This document shows positions 1 through 14,700 of a stretch of 64,000 nucleotides of DNA, in pieces. A model generated the notes under the pieces. That model was not told the DNA's origin. It saw only the letters and a program-made list of their open reading frames with translations, and made no database searches. Within the stretch, counting starts at the first letter, position 1. Every line of letters begins with the position of its first letter. The stretch is taken from NCBI RefSeq assembly GCF_024521635.1, contig NW_026250411.1, positions 186,001 to 250,000 of the forward strand, read 5' to 3'. The position numbers and the translations under genes are program-made. The stretch is from Tricharina praecox. Its lineage: Eukaryota.

Positions 1-2073
1 TACTATAGATCGGGCGGGGGAGGGGGGGCGGAGGGGCGGAGGATCGTTGTGTCTGGTTTGCCTGCTTGCTTGCTGCTTGCTGCTTGCTCGCCGTTTCCTT
101 GCTTTTCCGTGTGTTTGTTTTACTTACCATATCATTACTTAACTTCATATCCAACTATCCCATTAGTATTGGCCCCTTTGGCCACCGTATTATGCTGTCC
201 ACTGCTTGGCGTCCTAGTGCTTTGCTTGGTGTCCGATATTCCCTCCGTCTATGCCGAGGTGCACGGCCGCCAGACCGTTCGGCCGGCATATCAGAGTCAG
301 CCATCAGGCAGCGTCGCATCATATCGCAGCACTGTACAGCTGACATCAGGAACCCGCAAGCCCAGCCCTGCTGCAAGCACTCTACCACCTATCATAGGCC
401 GCACGCAATTCACGGTTGATCCGCAGGTTCGCAGCCCGTCCTCCCGTACCGTACGGTACCGTAGATGTACCAGTCAACTGGTACCTACAGTAGAGTACCC
501 ACAGACTACAGTAGGTGCCCACAGTAGAGTACACACAAACCAACGAAACGAGACGAGACGGCCAACCGCCGCCGAAGCTGACCGAGTGCCTGGAGTGCGC
601 GCGCGGCGACTACCCGCTCGTTCCTTGGAGGTCCTTGGAGGTGCTTGGAGGAATCGGCGGTTCGGCTGATAAGTGGTTACAACTGACCGATTCTGACTGG
701 CTGACTGGGTGAAAATTGGGCGTGTTGGTTGAACAAGTACAAACATATGTTATACCTAGCAGTAGTAAGTACTGTAGTTACTTGGATATAGTTGGTAACC
801 AAATAACCACTCTACGGCCTCGCATGTTGGAACTCAGTTCAAGGCTGTAGTTGTGGTTGTAGTTGTAATTGGTCTTTACCACCTATGTAACTACCAATAT
901 AGTTACCCAGTAAGTTGTAGTTACATATCATATCACTCCACCTGTAGATAGTCCACCTGTACACCACTGCTAGTCGCAGACCCTACCGCAGGCCGCAGTT
1001 ACCACTGCAGACTGCAGTACCGCAGAGCTATTAATATCCCCACCCCTCCTCACTCCCAACTCCTGAATCCCTCTCGAAATATTCTCCGGAATGAAACCGC
1101 AGACACAGTAGACTCTGTTCCGGAAAGCGGTAGGAACGGAAGGAAGATGCTTTTTGTTCTGTTTTTGTTTTTTGTTTTTGTTCTTGCGGGCTGGAAGAAA
1201 TGGAAGAAATGGAAGGTACAGCCCAGCAAAAACGAAAGTAGACACCAAAGATGAGCTGCGAAAAAGACGTAGGGAAGAAGAAAAGCAAGTACATAAGGAA
1301 GAAAGACAAGAGAAGGCAATTCACAATTCCACTGCCACCACGACGAGTGTTGCTCCTCCATAAGGAAACCAACCTTCACTGAAGAAAAAGCAGCTGTTAC
1401 TGAAGTTTGTATAATACCATCCAGATGCGGTAATCGAACTAAGCTTCACAAAGAAAGGTTAATCAAATGTTACTAGGTATAGTAGGTAATAGAGGAAAAG
1501 AAATAATTGTATCGTCTCGAGTCCAAACCCAGAATATGTACATAGAAAGTAGACATCCGTCAAAAATATTCCACCACCGGTCGAGTATCGAGGTTGTCCT
1601 CCCTCCTATCCGCGTACCAAACAGCATGGTATGAAAGTCTTCAGATGCACCGCCCCTAACCCAAACCTCTCCAAAACAAAACTCCATCCTCTATCCCTTT
1701 CCCCATTCATCCTTCTGGTTCCCCACCGGGGGGGAGGAAAAAATTGTAGTTTCCATCCCGTTTCCTTCTCTTTCCTTAGCCTGCGTGCGTCTTGTCTCCT
1801 TCAATTTCTCCCTGCGCGGCAATGCAGTGCGATACAATGTCCCAAATCCGATCCGATGTCTGGCCCCAAAATTTACAAACTCCATAGAAAAGAAAAAATA
1901 GCGACCAAATGGTTCAGGACATTATAACGATGCATATCCTGCCGGGGAGGATGAAGAAAGAAAAGAGAGAAAAAAAGGAAACAGAAAAGAAAACTCTCCC
2001 CGTTATGAGACAGAGACCAAAAATATAAACAAAATGAACAAACTGTGCAGATAAGGCTGTAGACGAGGTACCA

Positions 2074-3217
2074 CTAGTACAGCTCGAACCTGGCCGATCC
2101 TCCGTTGTCGACAGCGACAGTGCAACCGACGGGGTCGCCGTTCGAGAACTTTCCGTTCTCGTAAGAGCACTCGGCGCTGATCTTGGATCCGTCTTCGGCG
2201 ACGATCCGAATGTTGTAGTTAAGCGGGTCGCTGTTGAGGTTGTTCTGGCTGATGGACAACCACGTCTTGCCGTCGGAGTAGCCGGCTCCGATAACAACCG
2301 GCGACCAATTGCCCAATCCGCCGTCCGGTGTGCCCCACTGACATCCGTCCTCAAGGCTGATTCCGGCGTTGTTGACGTAGTACTGAGCAGACGAAGGCTT
2401 ACCCTGCCAGACGTAGCTGTTGCTCGCCTCTGGAACGGTCAACTCCTGCGTCGAGCCCGGAGTACACGACAATGGAACCACCATGTTCTCGGATCCTAGT
2501 AGGGAATGAGTACATATTTTATTATTTAAGATGGAAGATCATCATACCGGGGTAGTCGGTCCGACAGATAGCTACGTGCTGATCAAGCTTACTGGAGACC
2601 CTCGCGGTTCCCTTTCCTGCGCGGCAAAGCTTGTTGAAGGAGCTGTTGGTCTTATACAACTTTCCGTTCTTGCACTCCAAACCGCCCATGCTCTCTCCCG
2701 AAGCCGGCTGCACCTCCGGCCACTGCGCCTTACTATAGCCTGCGGGGCAGGCGTAGCTGCACAGCGCACCGTCAGTGCAAACACCGATGTGATCGTCGTT
2801 GCCACCATCCTTCTGGATGCTCGACCAGCCAGTCTTGGTGATCCAGTCAGTCTTGATGGCGCCGTATTCGGAAGGGAACTCGGTGCACGAGATCTTCCCG
2901 TCGGGAAAGTCGCGGTCCATGCCAGAGCCAGAAGATACCGCCTTCCTCTTGCCCTGGGCTTCCGCCTCGGGGGTCTTGCTCGCAACGGGGGCGGAGGACT
3001 TCGTAGCGGCGAACTCGAAGCGCTCGGTGGAGTGTACTTTGTCCTCGCGGGGGGAGCCGGTGGGCCCGGCAGGCTGATCCACTGTGGTGGAATAGTCGTT
3101 CAAAGCATCACGAGGCATCGCAGCGTGGCGAAGGTGCAGGTGGTGCTTGTGGGGTTGCGCGGCCGCAATAGCAGCGAATCCAGCCATAGCAATGGTAATG
3201 AGTCCGTTGATCTGCAT
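2074..3217 (-). CDS. SUN-family (SIM1/UTH1/NCA3/SUN4-like, GH132) secreted beta-glucanase-like protein, 363 aa; exons 3217-2548, 2495-2074
   Basis: Signal peptide and His-rich N-terminus (QPHKHHLHLRH); SUN motif C-x5-C-x3-C-x24-C (CTDGALCSYAC...GGLEC); the 52-nt GTATGA...TAG intron joins CRTDYPG to SENMVVP; YYVNNAG...CQWG...GNWSP motifs. Confidence 0.93.
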
Positions 3218-6200
3218 TTTGATTGAGGTGTGAAATATGGGTCTTGAAGTTATGTAGCAGAGATATGTAATGGCAGATGCCTGACAATGAGTGTAGATGG
3301 ATAGGATATGTCCCTTTCCGTTGGTAAGATGTCAGTAAAAGGTGCCAATACACAGACTGGCAGATGTGGATGCGAAAAAGAAGTGATGGACGGGGAGGCG
3401 GAGGAGCGAGTTAAGAAGGGAATCCGGGGCGCGAGGGAAGAAGGACAGCCGGGGACAATGGCCAGGTGAGGAAACGAAGGCTATTGGTGGAAGGGAGAGG
3501 TGGGGTGGCATCAACAGGTAATAGGAAGAGGAGTAATGTGAACTGAGGGGGAGGGGGCACCACAGGATTGTGTGGTGCAGCTTCTGTTCTGTTCGAGATG
3601 CAGCTGCAGGGGAGATAGGAAATGATAGACGGCTGAACTGGGTCTGTTCATCCAACGCCGAAGCTTGGGAATGTCACAGACAAGCCATGAGTGGTGGGCG
3701 GCAGGCTGAACGGGATAGCAAACAATATCTGCAGGAATAGTCAAGCACACATACCTAAGTATATCGTGAGTCTAAGAGAAGGTGGTGATGAGCCGCTTCA
3801 AGGAGTGATGCTGGTTGAAGAAGGGACCGAGATCTGGGCAGAAATCCTGTGCTATATACCTCCTTGCGCCGGATAATGGCCGAGTGGCCATATGTTGGAG
3901 CATGGCGTCTGGAGGCGTTTTGGTTGCGTTTCCTGTAGCCCGTTGCCGCCATCCATTCGAAGAGGCAACTTTTTTTTCGTTCTTTCTTTTTTTTGGTGGC
4001 CGTGGCCCGCGACACGGCCCGAATGAACCCGTGATGACAGGCCGGCCGGATAAGGCTGGCGCTTTTCCACGGGGGAGCTCCTGAGGGCCGCACGTACGTA
4101 CCACTGATTTCGGACGACCGGACGATGGCACGCCCCGGCGGCGAGGCGGTGGTTGCATTGTGTGGCCTTTTTCCTCTGCTGTTGCTCTGTCGTCGAACAC
4201 TTCGATGTTCACCTCTGATCCGATGATGTTCCGGGATCATCAGCAAACCCCTGATCCTGGCCACGCATCGATGCTCCTTGGCAGGTACGAGCTGTCATGC
4301 CACCCTGCTCACTTTCTGATCCGGGCGAGACAGGTTCGGGCCCGCAGCGCTCGGACTTCAAACATCAGACATCAGACATCAAACATCAGAGGTATGTAAG
4401 AACTCAGGTACTCTCTGTATGACTGTGGCGCCCGCAATCGCATGTGTTGGTTGATGTACCTACTATATCACACCGGCACTCTCAATACTGGTAGTTACTT
4501 GGTTGGTGTAGACATAGAAGCTCCATCATCCCACCCCACGGAGTCAAGTCCACACCGGGGCCAGCCCAATCACCAGCACGCATCCCGCACCCAGTTTTCG
4601 CCAGCCCTGGGCGCATCCGAGAGGAGATGGGACTTCTCTGGCCCGCGGCGGCAGCCGCCCCTTCGCTACCAGGAAACGGTCTCCGCGCGTGAATGGCGCC
4701 ATGTCCCGCTCGGGTCCATCATGCCAGCCTTCGTGCTGAGAGAGCCCTATGGACATACGACGTAGAGTACTCAGGTGCCACCGTGGTCGGTCATGTACAT
4801 GTGTTGTACCGCTCGCGGGGACTTGTCCCCTGGGCAACGTGACAGGCGCGGCCGAGCAAGGGGAGCATCATATTGTTTCATGGATGGCAAGCCACCGGCG
4901 CCGCACAATCGAATGGAGACTAGAATTGTGGGCGTGGGGGAGGTGGGCGTGGGGGAGGTGGGCGTTGTGCTTTCCGGAACGATTCGTCGCTACACTCTAA
5001 ACAAAATTGAGCTTTGCAGGCGGGACGTGGGGAACACGGCACAGAAACGAAACTTCTTCCTCGCCCCGGCTGTAACCCAAGACGAACGAGCGTCGTCACT
5101 GGAAGACCAATCCAGCCCATATGGCTGGCTGGCTGCACCTCGCTGCGTACAGCTGGGTATGTACCCTGCACATGTGCTGTGCAACCAGGAAAAGAACTTT
5201 CACTCTGGCTGGTTGGCAGAGCTTGCGCAGGAACCACTTCCACCCACCGGCATGCGCATCCCGCCATCCACATCGCTGCGATGCACACTGTTACTCTACT
5301 GTGGGGCTCTCTTACGTGCATATTCGCGATACGAAAACCCAGCGCTCAGCTCTCAGCACTTGGAGAGCCTGATATGTCTGTCTGCAACGAACAATGCACA
5401 CAGACACACACACCCACACACGCACAAGCCGGATGAGGGAATTTCGCGACGCGCTACATACACGTCAGCCATCCCAGGGTACCGGCTATCACAGCGGTGC
5501 AGACATGAAGGCGCAGGTCGAGGCAATCCGTCTCTCGGTTTCGACGCCATCCTCTGGTGGAATCGGTGACCACGTCGACCAGGCCAAGTGCGGTCGGGTA
5601 CGGTACCTGACGGCATCGACAGGTGGTTTCTCGCACGTATGGCCCTGGCCCTCGCCTTCCGTCTCCGCGATGCACTCACTGCTCATCGTCCTGCAGGAAC
5701 ACTCTTCGCTCTTCGCTCTTATCGCGAGGCGCTCGCTCGCATCTCGTTGCTCCACAGAAGCCGTGCCCGAGACATATTGCTGCCTACACGTGCGTCCCAG
5801 AGTTTGCGCAGCAGCCGAAGGATCCCCGATGGATCCCCGAAGGATCCCCGATGGATCCCGAAGATGCAGTGTCATGTCTCAAGTCTCATGGAAGCAAAGA
5901 GAAGAGAAGTGCCGTACCGGTGTCGTGGAGTCGAGGGGCTCCAAAAGTGATACCTACCTACCGGACACCTAGCTAGCCCCGTTCTAGATGTGCTGGAGCC
6001 TGGACCGGGTGCAGCACTGCTCTGTCGAATGGAAGTTTGCGATTTCGAGATAGCGGTGGCCACCTCTCACGTTGTTCGTCGTCGTCGCAGGTTTTTCAGG
6101 TTTTCAACACAACACACTGGTTCGGGTATGCCTTCGGGTATGGTATGGTATCGACTCCAGATCCATCTCGCCCAAGGCAACCACGCAAACCTGCACGCTG

Positions 6201-8041
6201 CAGTTGATATCTGAATCCAGACTGTTTGCTCTCAGAGACGAGGCGTATCTCAGGCACTACTAGTACCAGTCGCTGTTTTCAGCAGACGGCAGACAGTGCA
6301 TGCAAGGATCTAGCTCGAAGCCCAAAGCCCAAAAGCCTCACATGGCTGATTGCAATCGTCGATAGGCAATGGACCTCCGAACGGACCAGTGTTTTCTGTT
6401 GGGGACGCAGCTTGTGGCAGCCGGTGCCTGATACCGACGTCGTATCGTCGATTCCCCCGCCGCGAAGCCACGTCGGTTCCTCGAAGTCTCTGCTCTGCTG
6501 GCTGAAGATTGGCGTATGTACTGCTCTCCACGAGTCTCGGCAGATCCGGCTACTCTACTTCGACGGCAGCAGTCGACGTTGTGCAGTGCAGGTTCTGGTA
6601 CAAGAGAGCACGAAGAGTGTTACCTAGGTGCTGCCTACGAGTAGACAGTATGTCCTGCTGCCCTACGCTGCTCAACCCGAAGCTGCGAATTGACACGGAA
6701 AATCGGACTGACGTCCAGTTCAGTCTTCTCACTTCTCTGCGGAACTTCAATTTATCCTCAGCGTCCAGCGTCCAGTGTTTGACGTTTAGAGTATTTAGCG
6801 TTGTTCGCTTGGTGGGACCGTGGGCCTGATCTACTAACTAGTACACTCCCGAGTCTCGGGCGTGCGCGCGATAGGGCTGGTAGGAGGTACGCACCCACAT
6901 AAAGTAGTGATAGCCGTTGGCTTTGGTCCGATATGTAGAGTAGATAGACAGTCCGTGCTCCTTTCCCTTAAGGTAGTACTGTGAGAATGCATAGCAATAT
7001 CGACCCGCTGTCGGTGTAACAATTCGTGGTAACGTCGCATCGCTGTAACGTGGGAATGTGAATGTCGGAATGTCGGAATATCGGAATATCCATGTGACGA
7101 CTGACTCGTCTTCGCCTTCACCTTCGTCTTTGTGTCGCGGAAAATATTCTCCTGCGGAGTTCTGACTCCTCTGGACACTGGGCAGAGATACGGATGGTTA
7201 CCCACCGGGAATATTAGGTACCTACCTGGTAAGTAAGTACTTGATGACTGCCTTCGTCGGAGAGAAAACTTTTCAGCAAAAACCAAAAACACCGCGAGGC
7301 GTGCAGGTGGATATCTAACTGCCATGATCTATTAAGGTCGAATGCAAAGATGACACCCAGGTACACCCGAAGGAAGATATGTACGAGTAGAGTAGAGTGC
7401 CGTATCGTTCAGCGCATGCCGATTATTGTCTCTCTTGTGTAAATACCGTAGGTACTGTATATACCTAGTCCCAACCCGATCTTTGACTGAATGGTGGTGA
7501 TATACTCTAGGTAGGTTGGTAGTATCAACACGGTTGAAATCTAGGGAGATAGGTATGTGTTTTGAAAATTAAATGCCTTGATGCAATACTGTACCTACCA
7601 GTTTGATACGTGTTTTCAAAGTCTTGCTTCAATTCCTTGGTGAAATACCAGTCAGATACGTGTTACGATTCCTTCATGCCTTGATGCAATACCTACCAAA
7701 TTACCAATATTCATCCAACGGGCAACGGGCAACAATATTTCACTTACATACTCCCCCAGTTACCCAGTAGAATACAAAGGTGACTGCCGTTTTTGTTTTC
7801 TTTTATTTTCTTTTCTGGACGTCGTATGTAACCGTTACTCAAGTTGATGCATGAGCAACTTTTCTGCACGAAATGGAATTGAGTATATGCATACTTCTTA
7901 CTTAAATGCAGGAACAAATTCACGGCGCGCTTACATACTTCCTATCTTTATTGAGTCCGAGACTTCGAGGACCACAGCGAGCGTGGAAGTCATGTGGCCC
8001 GTGGGGGGTATCGGTAGGCGTGAAGTTTGAACGGTGAGAAC

Positions 8042-8100
8042 TTTATTTTTCTGTAAAATGAGAGGGTGACAACCTTATTTCTGTAAAATTAGAGGGTGAG
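8042..8100. repeat. Two-copy direct repeat of about 30 bp (TTATTT..TCTGTAAAATKAGAGGGTGA)
   Basis: Read directly from the sequence. Confidence 0.7.
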
Positions 8101-11082
8101 CCTTGAAGGGGAAACTCGAAAGTCCCCGATTCCCGATTCGCGAGCAGAAACAGAAACAGACTTTTCGATTCTCGAAGCTGCATTTACCGTATTTTAGCGA
8201 ACAAAGAAAACACACCCCAACCATTCTCTGTATCGTGGGATGATTGTTAAAGTTCTTTGGATGGTAAATGAACCAGATGAACAATGGTCCCTCGAGTTCG
8301 AGTATCGAGCATCGAGGATCGAGGATCGAGTATGGCTGCACTACTCTAAACCCCCACCTCCTCTCCCACGATACACGTTGCGACTTGGCAGTTTCGACCG
8401 TTTCCTTTCATCTTCCAAGTTCCCCCAGCGTGGAACCTACTCGACAGTAGGTACGCGGACTCGACCGGTCCATGCACATACCTATGAGTACTATACTCTA
8501 TGGTGACTCCCGGGCCCCAATGGGGCTCCAGTCCTCCTCTGGCTGGCCCGGAGTCCTACAGTCCTTGATATCCGGGGCCCGACAAAGCCTACTAAAGAGA
8601 CTGCACTCCGTCTCTGCTTCCGCTGGACGGTGAGCGGGCCTCTTCGCGGGCCCCTTTGCGGCAGAGACAGTAGACTCAGATGTGCCGGCCCGGGGAACGC
8701 TTTCGTCAACACCACATGTTACGCACGTGCAGTCTCGGCCACTTCATCATCTTCATCATCTCTCACCCGTTTTGGCCGTTTGGCCGTTTGAGACCGTTTT
8801 GACTATTTTCAGGCGCTCGCGCTACAGTCTCGGGAGTCGGGGGCGGGGGAGTGCGCCGGCCGGAGAGTTTGACGTGTAGGTGTGAGGTCAGACTTATGGA
8901 CATTGGAGGGTGTGGCGACGACTCCGGCGACTCTAGTGAGTGCTAGTGGAAAGGAAAGGAACTTTTGCTTGGAGGGCCGCCACACCGCCTAAGAGTATCG
9001 CCACAACGCGTGTCGCCGCTGCGTCACCATCACAAGCCGCATCACAAGTTGGCATTCGCCAGCTTGGCAGTGGACGGATTATTGATAATGTTCTGCTGCT
9101 GACTCTCCCCCGTTCCAGTGGGCGAAATTTGTCACAAGCAATCACGTGCCCACAGCATCTTTGCAAGCCAGCGAAGTTCATCTCCAGAAAACCAAGAGCA
9201 TCATGCCTATCATACTCCCACCCGCGGGTGTCATTTCTAAAGTATCTAGACGCATCAACGAGTCCAGAACTTGATGCGAAAGATCAACTAGGTAAAGCTG
9301 CAGAGTGCCACTTTCCATCCACCACGCAGTCGTATGAGTAGCGGAATGGAGGTTGTGAGATCTTCGAATGTACAGTACTAGTATCATACGGCCATAGCGC
9401 ACCGAATCATGATGCTCCTTCCGTACGATATGTAGTCACCATCATTTCAATTTTTTCCAGACGACAGTCGGTAAGACTCTTGTATTATTACCGCAGTAGA
9501 AACTTACCGCAGTCAAACCGCCAAATCCGACCAGCCCAAGATCACTCAAGACTCGAGTGTTCAGGCACCACTCTGTCACATGAGAGCAGGGGAATGTATT
9601 TACATATGGCGAGACGCGACTCTTATAACCACGTACCGGCACTAAGGGCAAAGGATATACTTTTCGGCTCACTCGATGCCGCCGATATTTGGCGGAGGGA
9701 GCCTTCCGGCCCAATCTAGCGATCACTCGCATTCACAGCCGTGAACTCCTATACATTACGTATTGCTAGTAACTAGATACTTCGGATGAACCGACCGACA
9801 TAATCAGATTAATGCGAGTACATACAGACAACATAAATGTTCCTGTTGATTCGCCTAGGCCCGTCAGTTTGTTGACCAGGACAGCACTACCGGGTTACTC
9901 CTCCCAGCCTTAGAGTTACCAGGAGTGCTGAGCGGGATGGTAGTTGAGTAACTATGGAGGCAGCGGATGAAATCGAGGAAGTAGGGAGGGAGGGGCGGGG
10001 CCGAGGGAAGTCTGTTATCGCACGGCAAGATCCAGCCACTCAGGACAGGCTCAATGACTTCTCAGAGTACCCATTGTTTTTGCCTCGTCACTATGCATTC
10101 GAATTGTGGGAACGAGTGTGTTGATGTGAGTAAGTAGTCTACTAGCCGTACGTTCGGAGGACCGGTGGTGGGTGCTTGGAACATTCGGTGCGGTAGCGGG
10201 TCGAAGTTTGGTTTTATTTCTCTCTCTCTCTCTCTATCTCTCTCTCTTGTAGCCGTAGCTCCTGGATCAGAACACATCACTTCCCCCATCTCCATCGTTT
10301 CAGTGATCACCACCACAACTCCACGAGTCCTTCCAAAACGAATGTCTCTGACCATGGCAGAGTACACGTTCCGAGCTGGTGGAAGCGCGAGGTCACTGCT
10401 TTGCTGGTTTCCGCCGGCACCGAGTTTGGTCGCGTCTCCTTTCGTGTTTGGTACGCACGGCTTCTATGATAGCCATGCGTGGTTCGATGCATGACTCGGA
10501 GTAGGATGTAAGTACCCATTCACCGGTGCATTCGCTGCGAATGGCTAGGGAAGAGTGATATCGCGTGATGGCTTGAATGGCCCTTTGGAACATCCATTCA
10601 CCAGCCCGGATCTTCTTGGAAGAATAGGTAGCTAGAGCCGAGTGAAATAGCCACACTTAGCCTCTAGTTGGTTGCGATCTGGCATCGACATCATGAACCG
10701 CTGTAGAGGATCTCTCTGTCGTCTGCCACCAACATGACATCGAGAGGAGCACATGTAGGATAGACGGAGGCTCTGATAAGATAGGAGGAGGAGATGCTAG
10801 TCGGATCGGTGGATCTGAATGGCGGTGTCAGCCGGACTAGCCGGATCGAGTGACACTGAACGTTGTAGGCAGCGGAGGAGAGCTATATTGAATGGCTCTT
10901 CGAAATTGAATACAACCTCAACTTCCTATACAACCTCAACTTCTTCATCATCTTTCATTCTCCCGCCTTCCTTCCAGGATTACGTCACTCTCGCTCGGTA
11001 TCATCCTGCCATCTCCCGTTTCCATATCCAGAGCTCCCTTGGAGCTCGACTCTTCAATCATTCTGTAATTGACCTGGTTTTG

Positions 11083-11741
11083 TTTTGTTAAATCATCGTT
11101 GCATTCGACCTCAATGGATCGTGGCAGATCACATAACCGTTTCCACCTGGCTGTCATCGACCGCTGGCCGCGAGCTCGATACCGGTTTCCTATTGCTCCC
11201 CGCCCAGCCCTCCTGCTCAACCTCCCTCGCTCATCCCTCCCTGCTCAACCGGCCCCGGCCAACCCTCTCCGCTCAGCCCTCCCTGCTCAACCTTTCTTGT
11301 TCAACCCTCCCCGCCCACCACCGGCAAGTAAGAGAGAAAGAAGGAAAGATAGACAGACGGAAAGAATGAGTATTCGTTTGTCCAGCTTCCATTCCGTCCA
11401 ACCTCCTGTAAGCTCGACCAATAATTGCAGTTCGTCGTCCCTGCGGCCCTGCCACCCATGTTTTTCATGTCCTCCGGCTCGTCACCTCGCTCGCCCTATA
11501 TCCTCTTTCTCGCCCCGGCTCTCACGCTCTCCCAGTATGTTTCCGGTTCCAATATCTGGGTGAGGAGGCCAGGTGGGGTGGGGGGGAAGAAGGGTGGGGT
11601 CTCCTCCTTCGCGCTTTCGTTTCTCTCAGTGACTCTTGCTTCTCTCTTCTCTCTTCTCTTCCGTTCCGAGGAGTGGCACCTGGCATCCTATGTCCGTCGT
11701 TGCAAGGAAAGCAAGCACTGCCCGGCTACTCTACAGTCCGC
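11083..11741 (-). mobile_element. 5'-truncated, diverged non-LTR retrotransposon (LINE) copy 1
   Basis: Flanked by the direct repeat AATTGACCTGGTTTTG (11067-11082 and 11742-11757). The minus strand encodes SRAVLAFLATTDIG.QVPLLG, homologous to SKAVLYFLTTTTDVGRRVPPLG of copy 3, and ETYWESVRAGA. The 3'-terminal ~130 nt align with copies 2 and 3 and end in an AACAAAA tail. Confidence 0.88.
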
Positions 11742-14700
11742 AATTGACCTGGTTTTGGCACGGCATTTTTGGTGCACACCGGCTTTGGGGTTCGAAACTG
11801 TCGCACACCTGGGATGTAGGTATTCATCCTCCAATCGATATCGAGTGATCATTGGAGGCCATGTGTGTGTGTGTATGTGTGTGTGGCCGGGGTTAGTACT
11901 ACATACAGTACTGACTGCATATTCCGGCCCAAAAGGAAGCAGCAAGCACTAGTTTGTTTTCGAGTAAGCGAGTGATAAGAAATGTCTCAACACCCCGGAC
12001 CACCGCCCCGACATGCCGGAGCAGGCCGCGGAGGAAATTCGAAACACATTAATGGCGCAGCCGCGTAACAACGTGGGAATGACGGAAGGGAAGAGAAGCG
12101 AGCTGCAACAGCTCCAACCAGCCAGCGGAGTTCAGCCCGATCAGCTCATATGTACCATAGGTACTGAGGGTTGGGAAAAAAATCGACATCATCCGGTGCG
12201 GTGGATAGACACCTATCCGCATACCTAGAAGAATCGGATGGCTGAACAGACGAATCGGATGGACGAACGGTTGGCTGGTTGGTGGGTTAGTTAGTTGATT
12301 GGTTGGAGAGGCGGTGAGTGCGTGCTCCTAAAAGCTGAAAGTTCTGGATGGATACCTAGATGGGTAGCCGAATGCAGCTGAGCAGTGGACAGCCCCGCCT
12401 GAAAGGCAGAATTCGAGCAGAGCGGCGTTCTGCTGCGCTGCACTGACGTACGTACCTGAGTAGGTACGTAGGCCCCTTGGCCCAGCTGCCGCCGCCGCCG
12501 CTCACGGAAAGTTGAAACCCCGTGGCGTATGCGGAACGACCAATGACTCGAGGTTTTTTTACCATATTTCATCTTGCAACCGAGGCGTGGGGGACCTTCA
12601 CGTTGATTGGAAAGGCTTGGGTCGAGGAATTGGCCGTGCACCAATGGAAGAAAGCTCAATATTTGCGAACTCGAAATCGAGGAGAAAGTGATCGCTCATG
12701 ATTCAGCTGTGGGACCTCACCTAACGGGGTGGAGGGGGAGGTGCGGCAACTCTCGATCCATGTATGTACATACATGCAATATACCTCCTTCCGCCATCAA
12801 CCACGTGGGCTGTGGTCCGGACAAGCTTCCTACCTACTCCTACGACAATGGTTAGGAACGCAAGGAGTTTTGTAGGTGCAGATACTACTAGGTAGTACTC
12901 TTCACGCACCGCCTCGTTCTTCCTCGACGGAAAATTCCGATGTTCAATGTTCACCGGTAATAAGAACACTTCTTCCCTGGATCGATGCTTCTATGTAGCG
13001 CAAGAGGGGAAACACCGGGAGCAGTCGGGCCTGTGAGAAGGAAGAAGGAGGAGGAGGAAGTGGGGGGAGGGGGGGGGGAGTCAGCTTACAAACGCAGGTG
13101 CAAAACTCTTCGCGGTGGCACACACCAGGTCAACCATGCAACCGATGCGGCCGAGCCTTGCAGAAGCAGAAGGGAAGGAAGCTTTGCAGAAGCAGAGGAA
13201 GATACCTAATCGTGCCAAGTACCTACCGGTATATCGGTGGCCGAGAGCTGGTTCCGATTAACTGGGTATGTGGCCACCACTTGTCCTTTTCTGGCCTACT
13301 GATGTCGTCAATGCTTGCATGCAGCACACATCTGGACCGAACGGCGAAAGCAGAGCAAACATTCCGGCAAATTGTGGATGTTCGAACTTCGAACTTCGTG
13401 GTGCATGACTGGAGCCGCGGCTGCTGATGTATAGGGCCTACCTATGTAGGTGCACAGCCGCTATGTATGACTGGACCACCAGGAAAGGGCTTTAAAATAG
13501 CCTGGTTGACCGAGGTTGACGGCAGCTAAACGGTGTTTCCTAGTTTGAATAGGCACATATTCAAGATGTTTAGATCCAGCGTCGACCGGACCTCAAACGT
13601 AGAATCATACCTACCGAGGGTCCCGATATCTTCCTTCAATCCTGATACGGCTACTTTGACAACGGGAGATCAGCAGAACCCTAGAGATCTACATTGTACA
13701 TACAAGGCCGCCTTAAAATTAGGTAACTATCCGCGAGTCTACAATGTACGTGCTTCACCCATCCATATTCCATGATTCCGTCACGTTTCGCCAGCCTTTC
13801 TCACATTCACAGGGTTGTTAACGTTTTACCAGCCCCTCTGTGCCGTCTGCCCTCAGGAAGAAGGATTGCCCGAGGACTTGACGTTTGCTATGCTATGCTA
13901 TGCTATGGCTGGTGGTAATGTTCGACTCCCCCAACACTTTCCACCAATCCCACCGTTGTCAAGTTGCAGGCTGCCTGCCCATGGCCAATACCGGCCTTCT
14001 TGCCAGTATGTACAATACATACATACATACAACTGAATGAGTCTGTACATATGCACATATGTACGCACGCAGGCGGCGGCGGAACCCGCATCCAAATCAA
14101 AGCAACTGCCGGTGGTCCCGGTCTCGGGTCGAGCATGGGCAATGTTTCTCCGTCAGTCAAACCCTACATACCCAACCCATCCGAGAATCCTTGATACTCT
14201 ACCTATCCACCGGAGACCGGGACATGGATACATATAAGCGTACGTAAGGATGAATGCCTTCCTTTAATGGATCCGGAGGAAAAGAGAAGAGCTGCATGCA
14301 AGGCTTACATATGCGAGGGGCCTGGGGCGCTGTTTTGTCTCTCCGCCTCAACGTTCTCTAACCAAGTCAAAGGCTTTTTTTTGTTTTCTTTTCTTCTCGT
14401 TCGTTCGTCCCTGGCGGCGGTTCAACTCGGTCATGGACAAATATCAACCCGACGTTTTTCTCCCGCGGTACCGCTAGTTAATGCAGGGAACAGGTACATT
14501 GGAGAATGCGAACTGCTCTCCTCTCCAAGTCTTACATACCGGTACATACCGGTACCCACCGGTAGTATTCCCGGTGCCGGTAAAGATATCTAACATACAT
14601 ACATACATACATACATAAGCGCGTGGTCGATCACCAACTCGGCTCATCCGCCGAAGTGCTTCATACCTAGTGATCGTGGATCCGGAAAGCCCCACGGCCT

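Noticed and set aside
1150..1400. (TTTTTG)n run resembling the LINE tail
   Set aside because: The adjacent sequence does not align with the conserved 3' end and there is no convincing TSD.
8119..8530. RNase MRP-like motifs GAAAGTCCCC (~8119) and CAATGGGGCT (~8518)
   Set aside because: Each motif is explained by its own local hairpin, the CR-V flanks deviate from ACAAUGGRGCUUA, and I see no P1/P2/P3 pairing. A cmsearch with the RNase MRP model would settle it.
9431..9755. Possible solo LTR (TGTAG...TACA)
   Set aside because: No matching TSD and no second copy in the window.
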